IMG/VR virus record: IMGVR_UViG_3300020577_007794
Direction: 5' to 3' (one strand)
DNA: 64,000 nucleotides
DNA from: a virus
Taxonomy: Duplodnaviria > Caudoviricetes
Part shown: piece by piece, positions 48,788-59,655 of the stretch
Numbering within the stretch: the first letter of the stretch is position 1
How the letters are laid out: each line of letters starts with the position of its first letter
The notes under the pieces: generated by a model
Databases searched by the model: none
Told to the model about the DNA's origin: nothing
What the model saw: only the letters and a program-made list of their open reading frames with translations
Translations under genes and position numbers: made by a program

Positions 48788-51032
48788 GAGAGGCCAGCTA
48801 TCAACATACAGCCCCGAAACATCAACAGTAGATAGTTTCGCAATCAAGAAAAACTACACCTCCCTAGAGATTGATAGTCTAGAATCCTCAGACCATTTCA
48901 ATCATTATTTTGATGCGTGTATCCAAATTGAAAAGCAGCTTCCTAAGTTTTTAGGGACCAATATCAAAGCCTTCTACCCATTAACTTCGGATGAAATAAA
49001 CTCATCAGTGTTTAAACAGGTAGAGGGTAACCAGATACTGCTAACAACTCAAGTAACATCCGGTACAATGGTTGGGAACGGGCAGGAATTCTCTGTTACT
49101 ATTCCTGACATATTCGGGTCTAACCCGTTCAGGGACAACTCCTTCAGCCTTAGTGTCAGAGCAGATGAGTTTAACTACGGAGCAGAGGGTGTATTCGCAA
49201 ATAAGAATCCAAACAGTTCAGATGTTTGGAACACTCTTTCAAATCAGAACCACTTTGTTTGTTCAGTTCAACCATCCAGCGGGCTGGAGGGAAGAACTTT
49301 TACAGTTAAAGTTAGTGCAGTGGGGCGAACTCCACTACCAGGTTCTCAGGTTTCGTTCTCAGAAAGATTCTCAGAAGCAACTCTTTCAAGCTCCACCCTA
49401 CCAATAGTAGGTGGTAAAGACTTTTCTTTAACCCCTACAAGTACAGGAATCTTCCCAAGAAGATTGTCCTCCTCTAGATACACTATAGATTACTACGGAG
49501 TATCTGGCGGCTTTGTATACCCAAATAACCCAGATCAGACTCCTTTTGCTGTAGCAGTTAAAAACATTCCACTAGGTGGGTTTAGTCTTCTTAGCACCCC
49601 AGATGACAGGGTTCTTGCTCTTACAAGCAATACCACAGCAGCAAGGTATGAAACCACTATGGGTGGTTACTTGTACGGTATAGCTGCCAGATCTGGAATT
49701 CTTTATGGAGTGGAAGGTTTGGATAGACCGGACGACCAGTTTGTTCAATTTAGGCTTTGTGGGTTTGCTGCTGATTCTCCATTTTTTGGAAGAAACTTTG
49801 GGTGTTTTGGCCCAGCAGTTAGAATGAATGGACCAGCAAACAATGCCAGCTTCTACGGCTTGGTTTTCGGAGAAGCTGCTGGTACGTTAACAACCTCCAC
49901 CTCTGGGCTGCCCGCAGACGAAACAGCTCCAAGAATTGCATATCTAGCTAAGTTTAAGAACGTAAATCTGTCCCAGGTATTAGACGAGACTGTGACATTG
50001 AAAGGTTCTGGTACTGCCCCCTATGTCTCTACAACAGTCTCTGGGGCTACTATTTTAACTGGAACATCTACATTGGTGTTCTCTGCTAGTGACATGTCTG
50101 TTTCATACAGACTAGCTGCGTCAGGCAACACAATTATTCTGCAACAAGAAGCTGCTTCAGGATTGTTTACAAACCTCCTGACCTACACAGACACAAACAC
50201 AGTGTCCAACGGGTACCCAGGCTTCTTCTCTGTAGGAAAGAGTGTGCCACAAACCGCGTCTACTAAGAGTAATAGATGGCTGTTATTTGACTCCCTTAAA
50301 ATGGGTGATTTAGCGACTGGTGCCACGATACCTATTCAAATTAGAAGTTTCTTTTCTAAAACAGGTATGGCAAGTTCATACAATATATTCTCTTCATTCA
50401 CCACCAATGAAACTATTATAGATGATAATACAACCCCGACTGCATCTGGTGTTGTGTTAAGGTGGAATGATACTCAGAACCATGTCTACAGAGGTTGTGA
50501 TGTAAACCCAAGTCTGCCATGGTTCCTTGGTCTGGGAGGCTCTTCTAGGGCAATACCCGAACCTGGAAGCCTTCTCCTACAACTCACCTCCTACCAATTC
50601 AATGCGTGGAATATTCCGATAGTCCCTATATCAGTTCTTCTCGTAGCTCCCTCTGGTTACAATATTGCAAACGGTAACTATGTAGCTAAGTTTAGAATAA
50701 CAACAGGAGATGCTTCAGGTTTTTACACCAATATCAACGGACAAGATTTGAGAACTAAATTTGAATTTGGTATTTCAGATTCCCCGACCGCAGTAGTGAT
50801 ATCATCCTCTTATGAATCTAATAAGATACAGTATATAAATGTACCTCTCTCGCAGATGACATTTAGTTCCCAAACTTTGGGTTCACCACAGGTAGTTGAT
50901 TTCGTAATACCTATGAATCAATTTAACATAACCCCAAGATTCAATGCTTGCACTTTCTACATAAAGGGTGAGATGCTTCTTAGGGGTACACAAAACATTC
51001 ACATTTCCGACATAGTGATCGGGGAGCCTTAA
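48774..51032 (+). CDS. tail fibre/receptor-binding-like protein
   Basis: SDHFNHYFDACIQIEK motif; lectin-like beta region ending GYPGFF. Confidence 0.5.
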   Translation: MSLYRRGQLSTYSPETSTVDSFAIKKNYTSLEIDSLESSDHFNHYFDACIQIEKQLPKFLGTNIKAFYPLTSDEINSSVFKQVEGNQILLTTQVTSGTMVGNGQEFSVTIPDIFGSNPFRDNSFSLSVRADEFNYGAEGVFANKNPNSSDVWNTLSNQNHFVCSVQPSSGLEGRTFTVKVSAVGRTPLPGSQVSFSERFSEATLSSSTLPIVGGKDFSLTPTSTGIFPRRLSSSRYTIDYYGVSGGFVYPNNPDQTPFAVAVKNIPLGGFSLLSTPDDRVLALTSNTTAARYETTMGGYLYGIAARSGILYGVEGLDRPDDQFVQFRLCGFAADSPFFGRNFGCFGPAVRMNGPANNASFYGLVFGEAAGTLTTSTSGLPADETAPRIAYLAKFKNVNLSQVLDETVTLKGSGTAPYVSTTVSGATILTGTSTLVFSASDMSVSYRLAASGNTIILQQEAASGLFTNLLTYTDTNTVSNGYPGFFSVGKSVPQTASTKSNRWLLFDSLKMGDLATGATIPIQIRSFFSKTGMASSYNIFSSFTTNETIIDDNTTPTASGVVLRWNDTQNHVYRGCDVNPSLPWFLGLGGSSRAIPEPGSLLLQLTSYQFNAWNIPIVPISVLLVAPSGYNIANGNYVAKFRITTGDASGFYTNINGQDLRTKFEFGISDSPTAVVISSSYESNKIQYINVPLSQMTFSSQTLGSPQVVDFVIPMNQFNITPRFNACTFYIKGEMLLRGTQNIHISDIVIGEP

Positions 51033-54000
51033 TGAACGAATACGCAAAAGTCTTTTTAACCACATTCCCATGGGCTAAGACAGCATACCAATATATGCTG
51101 GGTCTTAATACTGCGCCTGAGGTTTCTGTAAAAATAGAAGATCTAGCTTCCCCAGTATCAACTAAGGTTAACTCTTCAGACCAGATCGCTATAGAATCTT
51201 CATTAGATTGGAATAATTTCAGCATACATTCTGTATCGGACCTAGCAGGTCTTTACTCATCTATTGATCGAGCTCATCAGTATGTTGAAGCTTTGTCACA
51301 AAGATACAATGCGAATATAGGTGAGGGGGAAACTAGGCTTCTAAAATTGGAGGCAGCTTTAAGAGCCATAAGATCCTCTATCGCATCACCCGCGAATAAT
51401 TCAGTATCTTTCTCAGGTGGAGATAGTAGTTGGGTTGACCCATCTCCTAGATTCTATGTTAACTCCCCTATGCTGACTTTTGCACAGGAAGAGGGTTGTT
51501 ACAGACTACCAGACACTGGTATGTTTAGTTCTATCAGATCTAATGGTGGGTTTGCAGGTACTGCAATTATCGAGAAATCCTTAGCACCTATAGAACAAAG
51601 AGGCACTCTAAACGATGTAACCGATGGCTCAAGAGCCTCTTTCTGGATGGGCACTTCTTATTTCCCGTCTATGGTTAGGGTATCAAGCGGAGATGTAGCA
51701 TGGCTACCATCTTCCTACACACATGGTTCGGCAGTTCTCTTAACTTACTACCTTGATAGACCTACATTAGTGGGCGAAGTTTTTATTGATCCAGTAACCA
51801 CAGAACCATTCAAACTCCTCTCCGTTTCCTGGACCCCTCTAAACGAAAGAAACTGCCTACTCAATCCAGGCTTTACAGCGGCAGCAACAGGGTGGACACT
51901 CAGCCATACAACTTGGATGGCCTCAGGGCTGGGAGCTGTTAGCACGTTAATTGACAGCACCTCTGGAAAAGTTAGTCAGAGCTTTAATATTCAAAACTCG
52001 TACACCCTATCTTTGAGTGGGGTTCCGACAGCTTCAGGTATAGCTACCGGCCAAAGATTTGAATTGCAATATGCCATAGCTGCTGAGGGAGACTGCTCAG
52101 CTGGTGCCAGAATAACTTGGTTCAATTCAGCTGGAGCAGCCATAGGTTCAGATCAATTAGCTGAGACGTTACCAGCTTTCTATAAATCCTCGAGACTTGT
52201 TTCTTACTCACCTACAGGAAGTGTTAGTGGAAGGGTTGATTTCCAAATCTTTTCAGCTACTACATCAGCCTCAGCTTTCGTATCCCAAGCTAAATTGTTT
52301 GCTGGTGAACAAAGATGGCAATGTAACGAAACAATAGAGAAGCCCACAACCATCTCCCTTCCAAGATCTATCACAACTTCTAGATTTAGTTTTGTTCTAC
52401 AACAAACTTCCCCTAGAAGAGAAACCTTAAACAGACAGGTACCTTCAGAAACACTAAGCCCTATAACAGCTCCAAGAGAAGTATCAACTGAATTGGTGAA
52501 CTCTGTAAATCAATTGGTTGACAGAACAAACTCTTCGGGGGTAGGCTCAACTGTTTTTGCCTATAGATTCGGAATGAAGGAACTTGATTTGAGATACAGG
52601 GAATTTGTTCCTAGAGCAAGTCTTGTTTCTATTCCTTTAGAGACGAAGAAAGAGATCAGAAATATATGGGTCACTGCAGATGTAGGACAATATCAAACTG
52701 ATGGGCTTGGGTTCTATATCATTCCTTTTGAAAAGGATGAATCATACCAACTAGCTGTAAAGGCTTTTAGGGTTGGAGATATTGATGCATCCGGGGAGAC
52801 TATAAGAAACCAAGGTGACATAGTTTCAATCTTCACGAGTGAAGAAGAAGAAGCAGGGTGGGCGGCTAACGCAGACCATAGAATCATTACTGACCCCACA
52901 AGAATCACAGAAACCTTTGACGGTACAGATCGAGATGGTAAGGTTATTCTCAAAAGAGTGCCACACCTACGAAGAGTTAAAATGCGAGATATTAATTCTT
53001 GGCTCTCTTCTTACTCTATCTGGCCGACATACTTCGACCCTAATCTAGAAACACCAACAGGTATAGGAAGCCAACTTCTAAGAGAAGCCATTAAGGATGG
53101 TATTCTTAAAGAGGGTGGAAGAACTGGTACTACCGGTGATACACAAATAAACGGAATACCTCTTGGTATGCCAGAAACACTGGAAGTAACCAGAGATGAT
53201 ATTGTCAGCACCGAAGGTTACCTTCCAATAAAACTAACAATATCTACAAGCAAGTGGACTGCATATCCAGACACATTTGGAAAACCTGATTCAGCTAGAG
53301 TAAGAGACGTATTGAAGGAACTTCTTGAACTGACAGCAGTCTCTGAAACAACCACAAGCATTACAGCCAACTACATTACTTATGAGCAGTTCATAGCTAG
53401 AACTAAAGTTTCTGAACTGTTCTTTGGTGGTAACTTTAATAACAATCTGTGGAATGGTATAACACCAACCATGACTATTAAAGAGTACCTAGACAGACAG
53501 CAGAGTATGAATGTTGGTATAGGCTCTATTGAACAGACTGCTAAGAGAGAGTATGATTTAAGAAAAGCTAACGGCACTCTTGCTAAAGACGAAAACACTA
53601 CAGAGACCAGGACATCCAAACTTAACAGTGGGGACTCTTATAAAACAAGATTCAAACCTGTGGTTACTGGACCAATGGGTACAGTGTTTAGGGCGTATTG
53701 GTACGATCCTGATACCCAAGAAGCTAGACTTATTCCACCTAATGATTATAAGTTGGAAGCAAATTCTGGGATAATCACACTCAAAAATACAGCCCCAGCA
53801 TCTAACTTCACAGACATTGTTGCAGATTACAAATACATATCCAAATCTGAAGAGGAAGACTTCTTCAGCGAGGCTATTGCTTTTGTGAATTCAACAGCCA
53901 GTGGAAGCGAGGATACAGGTATTGTAAGTAGGCATCTGCCAATAACAAGGAATATGACTGACTACAATACTGGAAGGGTTCCAACTCTTAGAGGTCCAGA

Positions 54001-54262
54001 TTTTGACAGAATGAGTAGAACCTACTACCCAGTTATAGAGTACTACGTAACACCTGAAGGGGATATTCAGTGTAGCAGGGACTTCTTCAAATATGGAGAC
54101 ATACCAGCAACTGTAACAGTTGAGTATGAAACATTGGGGGTCAAACCTAGACTAAAAGTAGAGTCTTACCGACCATCAGGTCCAACTGTTACACCTGCCT
54201 TATTAGGGGCTTCTATGAGAACAAAAGAAGGCTCTCCTTCTCCACTTAGGGAGATTCAATAA
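51032..54262 (+). CDS. large baseplate/fibre structural protein
   Basis: N-terminal coiled coil, EEGCYRLP, DG...FW and LLNPGF..W carbohydrate-binding-like segment. Confidence 0.6.
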   Translation: MNEYAKVFLTTFPWAKTAYQYMLGLNTAPEVSVKIEDLASPVSTKVNSSDQIAIESSLDWNNFSIHSVSDLAGLYSSIDRAHQYVEALSQRYNANIGEGETRLLKLEAALRAIRSSIASPANNSVSFSGGDSSWVDPSPRFYVNSPMLTFAQEEGCYRLPDTGMFSSIRSNGGFAGTAIIEKSLAPIEQRGTLNDVTDGSRASFWMGTSYFPSMVRVSSGDVAWLPSSYTHGSAVLLTYYLDRPTLVGEVFIDPVTTEPFKLLSVSWTPLNERNCLLNPGFTAAATGWTLSHTTWMASGLGAVSTLIDSTSGKVSQSFNIQNSYTLSLSGVPTASGIATGQRFELQYAIAAEGDCSAGARITWFNSAGAAIGSDQLAETLPAFYKSSRLVSYSPTGSVSGRVDFQIFSATTSASAFVSQAKLFAGEQRWQCNETIEKPTTISLPRSITTSRFSFVLQQTSPRRETLNRQVPSETLSPITAPREVSTELVNSVNQLVDRTNSSGVGSTVFAYRFGMKELDLRYREFVPRASLVSIPLETKKEIRNIWVTADVGQYQTDGLGFYIIPFEKDESYQLAVKAFRVGDIDASGETIRNQGDIVSIFTSEEEEAGWAANADHRIITDPTRITETFDGTDRDGKVILKRVPHLRRVKMRDINSWLSSYSIWPTYFDPNLETPTGIGSQLLREAIKDGILKEGGRTGTTGDTQINGIPLGMPETLEVTRDDIVSTEGYLPIKLTISTSKWTAYPDTFGKPDSARVRDVLKELLELTAVSETTTSITANYITYEQFIARTKVSELFFGGNFNNNLWNGITPTMTIKEYLDRQQSMNVGIGSIEQTAKREYDLRKANGTLAKDENTTETRTSKLNSGDSYKTRFKPVVTGPMGTVFRAYWYDPDTQEARLIPPNDYKLEANSGIITLKNTAPASNFTDIVADYKYISKSEEEDFFSEAIAFVNSTASGSEDTGIVSRHLPITRNMTDYNTGRVPTLRGPDFDRMSRTYYPVIEYYVTPEGDIQCSRDFFKYGDIPATVTVEYETLGVKPRLKVESYRPSGPTVTPALLGASMRTKEGSPSPLREIQ

Positions 54263-56295
54263 TGGAAAATGAGATCTTAAAAGATTGGTTAAATAGGGTT
54301 GATACCACTGGTGCTGATCTCCCAGAAATAGAGAGAAACCTTTCTGTTACTCTCGCAAAAGGTGCTGCCAATAGGGGGGACTGGGCTCCTGCACCAATAG
54401 CTCCTTTGGCAGAACCAACAGACCTAGACGCAATGACTGGGGATCTTGCTAGATTTTATGCTGGAAAGATACGAAGTACGGCTGTACACACTGACACATT
54501 GTTTGATAGACTTGTTGAACTTAACAATGTGCTCGCGTCTGAGATGGAGTCGGCTAACAAGGCTTTAACTGAAGCATCTGATGATGTTCAGGTAGTTACA
54601 AGCATGACTCAGGACCAGATATCTCAATATGTTTGGGTCGCTGAAAGCTTTAACAATAATCTCAACATTGATACAACCAGGACTACCGCTCTTATTGATA
54701 CAGACTATGGCCAGGTTAGTCTGCCGCCTCAAGAGTTTGCTAATATACAAGACTACGGAGTAGAAATTCCATCTAGTTCTATAGTTGGTATTCCTGGTTG
54801 TAACCTTCTAGTTCTAGATCTAACCAGCCCAGGGAGTGCCGAGAAAGGCCCAGAACCTACTTTAGAGAAAGCTGACACTACCAATATCTCTACCATGTTT
54901 GACAACAACAGCCAAACTTGGTTTGAAATGGAGAGAAACTTCATTCCCAAAGTACAGCCGCTAAGAAGGGCAGGAAGATCTTTGGTCTATGAACTAGGCG
55001 GAAAACCAGAAAACGTATTAGAGGAAACTAAAAACTACGATTGGAGAGCTACTGTGGTTCTACCAGATGGTTCAACTAAAACTGGTTCAGATGGGAAGGG
55101 CGAGCTAATAGCGGAGTTTATAGAAGACACTGACCCCAGTGGTCTAGAAAAAAATGACACACAGGTTACTATAAAGTTCAATCTAACCACCCCACAACCT
55201 CTTTCAGAGATAAGAATCAATCCATATCTACGACCGGGACAAGGTGATCTAGTCATAGAACAAATTGATGTTGTGACTCAGGGAACTAATATCGTAGTAG
55301 CTAAGAATAAAAAAGCCAATATAGAAACTACATCATTACGGACTTTAGAGAAGGAAGTTCTACGAAGAACTGGTTCTCAAACAGTTGGATCTATGTTCGA
55401 AGTTCCAACAGACCGGGATATAAACCAGATCATAGTTAAACTCAGGGGTAAGACTGTTCCTGTAAAAGGACTTGCACACCCCTTTGCTGAAGAAGAAGTT
55501 GAAACTAAAACTACAAGAAGATTTCTTTTTATTCCATCTAAGTCCACTAAGACAGAGTGGAATAGAAAACCTATATCTGAATCTGGAAAAGTAATTGGCT
55601 CTAACTCAAGTACATCAAATATTTTAGGAGCATTATCGCCTATCCTTCAGTCAATCATGGGAGGCTCTTCATCAGCACTGTCCACTATAAGCAGTGTTGG
55701 GAGTCTGGTCAGTTCAATTGCCTCAACACCTAAAGCCCTAAACCTTGGTTCTAAAGATGTAGCAGGTCTTGGCAAGATCTTGGGTGGTCTTGGTAAAGTA
55801 GGTTCTGTAATTTCTAGTGTAGTTCCCATAGTTGGTGCAGTATTATCTATTGGGGATTTGGCAAATGCTGCCTTTGGTACTTCCAGAACTTCCCAAGTAA
55901 TCGGCCAAGCTTCAGGTTACGATATCTTCAAGGGATTTAGGTCCTGCATCTCTATCAGAGACATTGGTTTACTGAGAGTTGTATACGCCCCAGCAGCAGA
56001 GATTGTAACTAAAAAGCTGGTGTTCCCACGAAGGGTTACAAAGATTGGTTTGATTGTAGACCACTCAATCCCAGCAGACTGGGCTCAGGGGGATTGGGTT
56101 AAGTACTATCTCTCACTTGACGGAGTAGAGTGGAAACCAGTCCTTCCACTTTCAGATACAACCCTAGAAAACTCCCTAACACTAGATAAACCTGCAGATG
56201 CTGTTTATGTAAAGGCAGTGCTTTTGGGAAGTTCCGATGACCTGCATCGCTCCCCCAAAATCAATAACATAGTTCTTCAAGGATTACCGGCGTAA
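54262..56295 (+). CDS. baseplate structural protein with internal hydrophobic Gly-rich segment
   Basis: Coiled coil, ESF...ID...A.ID...GQVSLP; C-terminal VKYYLSLDGVEW. Confidence 0.6.
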   Translation: MENEILKDWLNRVDTTGADLPEIERNLSVTLAKGAANRGDWAPAPIAPLAEPTDLDAMTGDLARFYAGKIRSTAVHTDTLFDRLVELNNVLASEMESANKALTEASDDVQVVTSMTQDQISQYVWVAESFNNNLNIDTTRTTALIDTDYGQVSLPPQEFANIQDYGVEIPSSSIVGIPGCNLLVLDLTSPGSAEKGPEPTLEKADTTNISTMFDNNSQTWFEMERNFIPKVQPLRRAGRSLVYELGGKPENVLEETKNYDWRATVVLPDGSTKTGSDGKGELIAEFIEDTDPSGLEKNDTQVTIKFNLTTPQPLSEIRINPYLRPGQGDLVIEQIDVVTQGTNIVVAKNKKANIETTSLRTLEKEVLRRTGSQTVGSMFEVPTDRDINQIIVKLRGKTVPVKGLAHPFAEEEVETKTTRRFLFIPSKSTKTEWNRKPISESGKVIGSNSSTSNILGALSPILQSIMGGSSSALSTISSVGSLVSSIASTPKALNLGSKDVAGLGKILGGLGKVGSVISSVVPIVGAVLSIGDLANAAFGTSRTSQVIGQASGYDIFKGFRSCISIRDIGLLRVVYAPAAEIVTKKLVFPRRVTKIGLIVDHSIPADWAQGDWVKYYLSLDGVEWKPVLPLSDTTLENSLTLDKPADAVYVKAVLLGSSDDLHRSPKINNIVLQGLPA

Positions 56296-58544
56296 TGATA
56301 ATTGAGCAGACACAGAAAAACGTTCTTTTTAACGAAGCATCAAAAAGAGGTATCACCAGATTTGAATTAGAATCTGTTCCAGCAACATACCTTAAAATGC
56401 TGGGTACTCCTGATATGGGTGTCCAACAATTCGGGCTCCCCACTGCACCGATTTACAAAGCAGTGGATGGTGACAAGATCAATGTCAAAAAGATTTCACT
56501 ATTTTTTACTGGTCTGTCTAGGGACGTAACTGTATCAGAACAAGCTGTCAAAGCTGTGGATGACAAGATTCAAGCTCTACAGGAAGAGTTTTGGGCGAAG
56601 AGTCAGTTATTGAAATCGAGAGCCCTAAGCTTATCTAAAGCGGCGGCTGCAGAAAAGAAGAAAGCTGGTAGTCAAGCTTCATGGAGTTTTATTGAGGGCT
56701 TCACAAATACCAATTGGATTGATTGGTCCAGAAGCACAGTTTGGGTTGATTCTAGTGAGGGTGTAACCTTTCTCCCAACGTCAACAACAGAAGCCTCTAT
56801 AAATTATGCTGACATATCTGTAGAACAGATCGTCTACTCCTCTGGGGTTGATTCGCTATCCTCAACACCGCATATGGCTGTAGACGGGTTGGATACAACT
56901 AACTGGAGGGCTCAGTTTACCTCAGTTGGCCAGATTGCCTCTGCTGTTTTCTCCTTCAATACCCCACAAGATATTTCATCAATACAGCTTGATCCAACAG
57001 GTTTTGGTATATCTGTAATTATAGAAGCTGAATCTGGCAAAGGCTTTACTGAAATTGCCAGAGAGATACTTTACAGGAAGACAACCCTATCATGTCCAAT
57101 CTCTAAGGTAAACAAACTTAGGATTACGTTCTCCTCAGAGGGTGCTGCATTACCTAAAGCTGCTGGCATACGGGACGTGAAATTTTATAAATCAGGCTCT
57201 GCTGATTCAGCTTCACTGTACTCAACCAGTATAGGTGTTCCTGTCTCCTTCTCAGAAATAAAACTTGATGTAACTGGTAAGTATCCTGAGGGATCAAATG
57301 CTAGAATTTATTACAGTTTTGATGACATTACTTGGAAGGAATGCACACCTGGGCAATGGACTGCAGTGCGGGACAATGAAGTAGCTACTTACACAGTTAA
57401 GCGAGAGGATGTCCTTTATGAAAATGGATTCTACACTATAGCTGTAGATAATGCCCCAGCATCCATTACCACTGGCAAGATGCTTATTGGTGTTAATCAG
57501 GTAGAAGTCACTGCCTTTAGAAAGGACTATCTTGTTAGTGGGGAAGCACCACACACACCAAGCTTAGATGATTTTCAAGATAATCAAGTTAGAAAATTCT
57601 CTACATGGCTAGGTGTTGGAACTTACAACGAAAGAAGTTCTTACCAAAACCATCTCTACCTACAACCAGAATACAATCTTTTCACCTCGGTAGTGAAGGG
57701 AGCAGAAATACTGCCATTCCAATTCCAAACAGAGAATGAGAAGTATATGGATATGGCTTTAGTGTTAATGGCGGGCACCGTTGGCACAAGAATAGCTCAA
57801 CCTAACCATACGTACAAACTTTCATTCCAAGTGTATATAGAGGATGACTACGTTCTGGATAGTTGTAAAGCTTACTTCTATCAAGGTATAAGAACACGGC
57901 CAGCCAAAACATTCAGAGATGCTGGAAAATGTTATGGTGCCTATTCAGTCTATATTAACAAAAACTTAGTTAATTCTTCATCTAAGCCTTACACAGTGTA
58001 CAACACTCTGGAGAATGAAAGCTTTATAGAGGGCGGGGTAGCTGGTCAGGGTGAAGCTGGTTCATCATTCTCTATGTCGTTTAACCGGGGGTGGAATACA
58101 ATTGATATTTTGGTTCACACTGTTGACCCCCTGATTTACGGAGAGGATTCCAGTTTTCCTGAAGGACTTTACCCCTATCTTCAAGTATCATTATTCCCAT
58201 CTTTGTTTGACCCAAGATTGATGGAAGAGATGAAGATCACCAAGATATGCGCATCAGGAGAGCGTGGACCTATTTCAGAATTTGATCTTTTGTGGAACGT
58301 ACCACAAGATCATAGATTCTGGGGATGGAGCACAGATGGGACTTCTATACTATTTAACACTTGGAACACTCAAGCAATTGATGGTTTCTTGAAAGGTAGC
58401 GGGCCTAATTATGAACTTGACTACAAATCTTTACCAGATGCTGACTCTAATTACTCCACTGTAAAAGTGAGAATGGATATGTTTAGAAGTCAGTTAACAA
58501 AAGATGGCCCTATTATAGATGAGTATAGAGTTTCTGTAAAGTAA
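56295..58544 (+). CDS. baseplate structural protein (paralogue family)
   Basis: Coiled coil, EGF...ID...VD..EGVTFLP, AVDG..TTNW. Confidence 0.6.
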   Translation: MIIEQTQKNVLFNEASKRGITRFELESVPATYLKMLGTPDMGVQQFGLPTAPIYKAVDGDKINVKKISLFFTGLSRDVTVSEQAVKAVDDKIQALQEEFWAKSQLLKSRALSLSKAAAAEKKKAGSQASWSFIEGFTNTNWIDWSRSTVWVDSSEGVTFLPTSTTEASINYADISVEQIVYSSGVDSLSSTPHMAVDGLDTTNWRAQFTSVGQIASAVFSFNTPQDISSIQLDPTGFGISVIIEAESGKGFTEIAREILYRKTTLSCPISKVNKLRITFSSEGAALPKAAGIRDVKFYKSGSADSASLYSTSIGVPVSFSEIKLDVTGKYPEGSNARIYYSFDDITWKECTPGQWTAVRDNEVATYTVKREDVLYENGFYTIAVDNAPASITTGKMLIGVNQVEVTAFRKDYLVSGEAPHTPSLDDFQDNQVRKFSTWLGVGTYNERSSYQNHLYLQPEYNLFTSVVKGAEILPFQFQTENEKYMDMALVLMAGTVGTRIAQPNHTYKLSFQVYIEDDYVLDSCKAYFYQGIRTRPAKTFRDAGKCYGAYSVYINKNLVNSSSKPYTVYNTLENESFIEGGVAGQGEAGSSFSMSFNRGWNTIDILVHTVDPLIYGEDSSFPEGLYPYLQVSLFPSLFDPRLMEEMKITKICASGERGPISEFDLLWNVPQDHRFWGWSTDGTSILFNTWNTQAIDGFLKGSGPNYELDYKSLPDADSNYSTVKVRMDMFRSQLTKDGPIIDEYRVSVK

Positions 58545-59059
58545 TGAACGAAAGTATTTTTGTAAGACTTCCTGGAATAAGCAGTTCTCTTACCCCAAAC
58601 TACACAGAGTATGGGACAAAGGGTACTGAGGCATTAACGCCAGAGATGTCAAGCACTAATACCCGTTTCTTTGATCTAGAATTGGAAGGGTATGCTGGTT
58701 CACAGTTCTATGAGGACAAGCCTGTTAAATACGTGGCAGCGTTCGTTGAAGTAGTAAGTACAGACTCCCCATACTTCCCAACCAGAGACACCAACACCTC
58801 ACTCCTTCCGCTAAAAAGAAACTACAGATTTAGGGGTATAAAAGAATCTGAAAAGTTTCTTTTATTTAATCAAAATGTAGCTGGTGAAGTTCTAAGGGAA
58901 AGAAAAAGATTAGAGACAGCTGATCTAACTCTTACCACAGCAGAAGAACTTCTTTATCCCACAGACAGCGATATTTCTTCATTCTATAATGCTACTGCCC
59001 AGTTAAGATTCCATGAATGGAGGAGGTTACGAAAATTTGATGCGAGGTGGCTTATTTAA
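58544..59059 (+). CDS. structural protein, paralogue A
   Basis: C-terminal ~80 aa closely match those of the next gene. Confidence 0.7.
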   Translation: MNESIFVRLPGISSSLTPNYTEYGTKGTEALTPEMSSTNTRFFDLELEGYAGSQFYEDKPVKYVAAFVEVVSTDSPYFPTRDTNTSLLPLKRNYRFRGIKESEKFLLFNQNVAGEVLRERKRLETADLTLTTAEELLYPTDSDISSFYNATAQLRFHEWRRLRKFDARWLI

Positions 59060-59652
59060 TGCCTAGCGGCGACCCACTAATAGGTACTTCAGGCCAGCCC
59101 TCTATGGGTATTCCCCTACCTGGGGCAGTTTACACAGACCCTGCTAATACTGTGCAGTATAGCGGTTTACAAGGTGTGTCTTCACAGCCTGTAACCCCTG
59201 CACAGCAAGTGGAATATGTTTCAATAATTGACACCAATCCTCCACCAGTGTTTGATAGGTTTAACACCCCAGCCAATGTTTTCGATGCCGTACTTCCAGC
59301 AATTGGATTTATAGGTGTGCATGAAGATACTGTTGGTGGTACAGACCCAGGTGCAGGAGATTCGTACACTAATCAAAGAGTTGTAGCTCATGATAATTTG
59401 TTTGTACGAAGTAATTTCAGGTTCCGAGGTAGCAGAGATTCCACTAAGTTTTTAAGCTTCCTGCAAAAAGCAGCGGGTTCCATTTTAAGAACTTCGAATA
59501 ATCTCGAGATTCAAGATATAGCTCTGACCCAATCAGAGGAACTAGTGTATCCAACTAATGAAGATATTAGTAGTTTCTACAATATTACAGCCCAGGCTTC
59601 CTTTCATGAGTGGAAGAGGTTAAGAAAAATAAACGCAAGTTGGTTAGTTTAA
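59059..59652 (+). CDS. structural protein, paralogue B
   Basis: TAATG start at 59059; shares NxRFRG...EELxYPT..DISSFYNxTAQ..FHEWxRLRK. Confidence 0.7.
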   Translation: MPSGDPLIGTSGQPSMGIPLPGAVYTDPANTVQYSGLQGVSSQPVTPAQQVEYVSIIDTNPPPVFDRFNTPANVFDAVLPAIGFIGVHEDTVGGTDPGAGDSYTNQRVVAHDNLFVRSNFRFRGSRDSTKFLSFLQKAAGSILRTSNNLEIQDIALTQSEELVYPTNEDISSFYNITAQASFHEWKRLRKINASWLV

Positions 59653-59655
59653 GCA

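Noticed and set aside
58544-59652. Diversity-generating retroelement TR/VR pair
   Set aside because: Both copies are coding, differences are not adenine-specific, and there is no reverse transcriptase in the window
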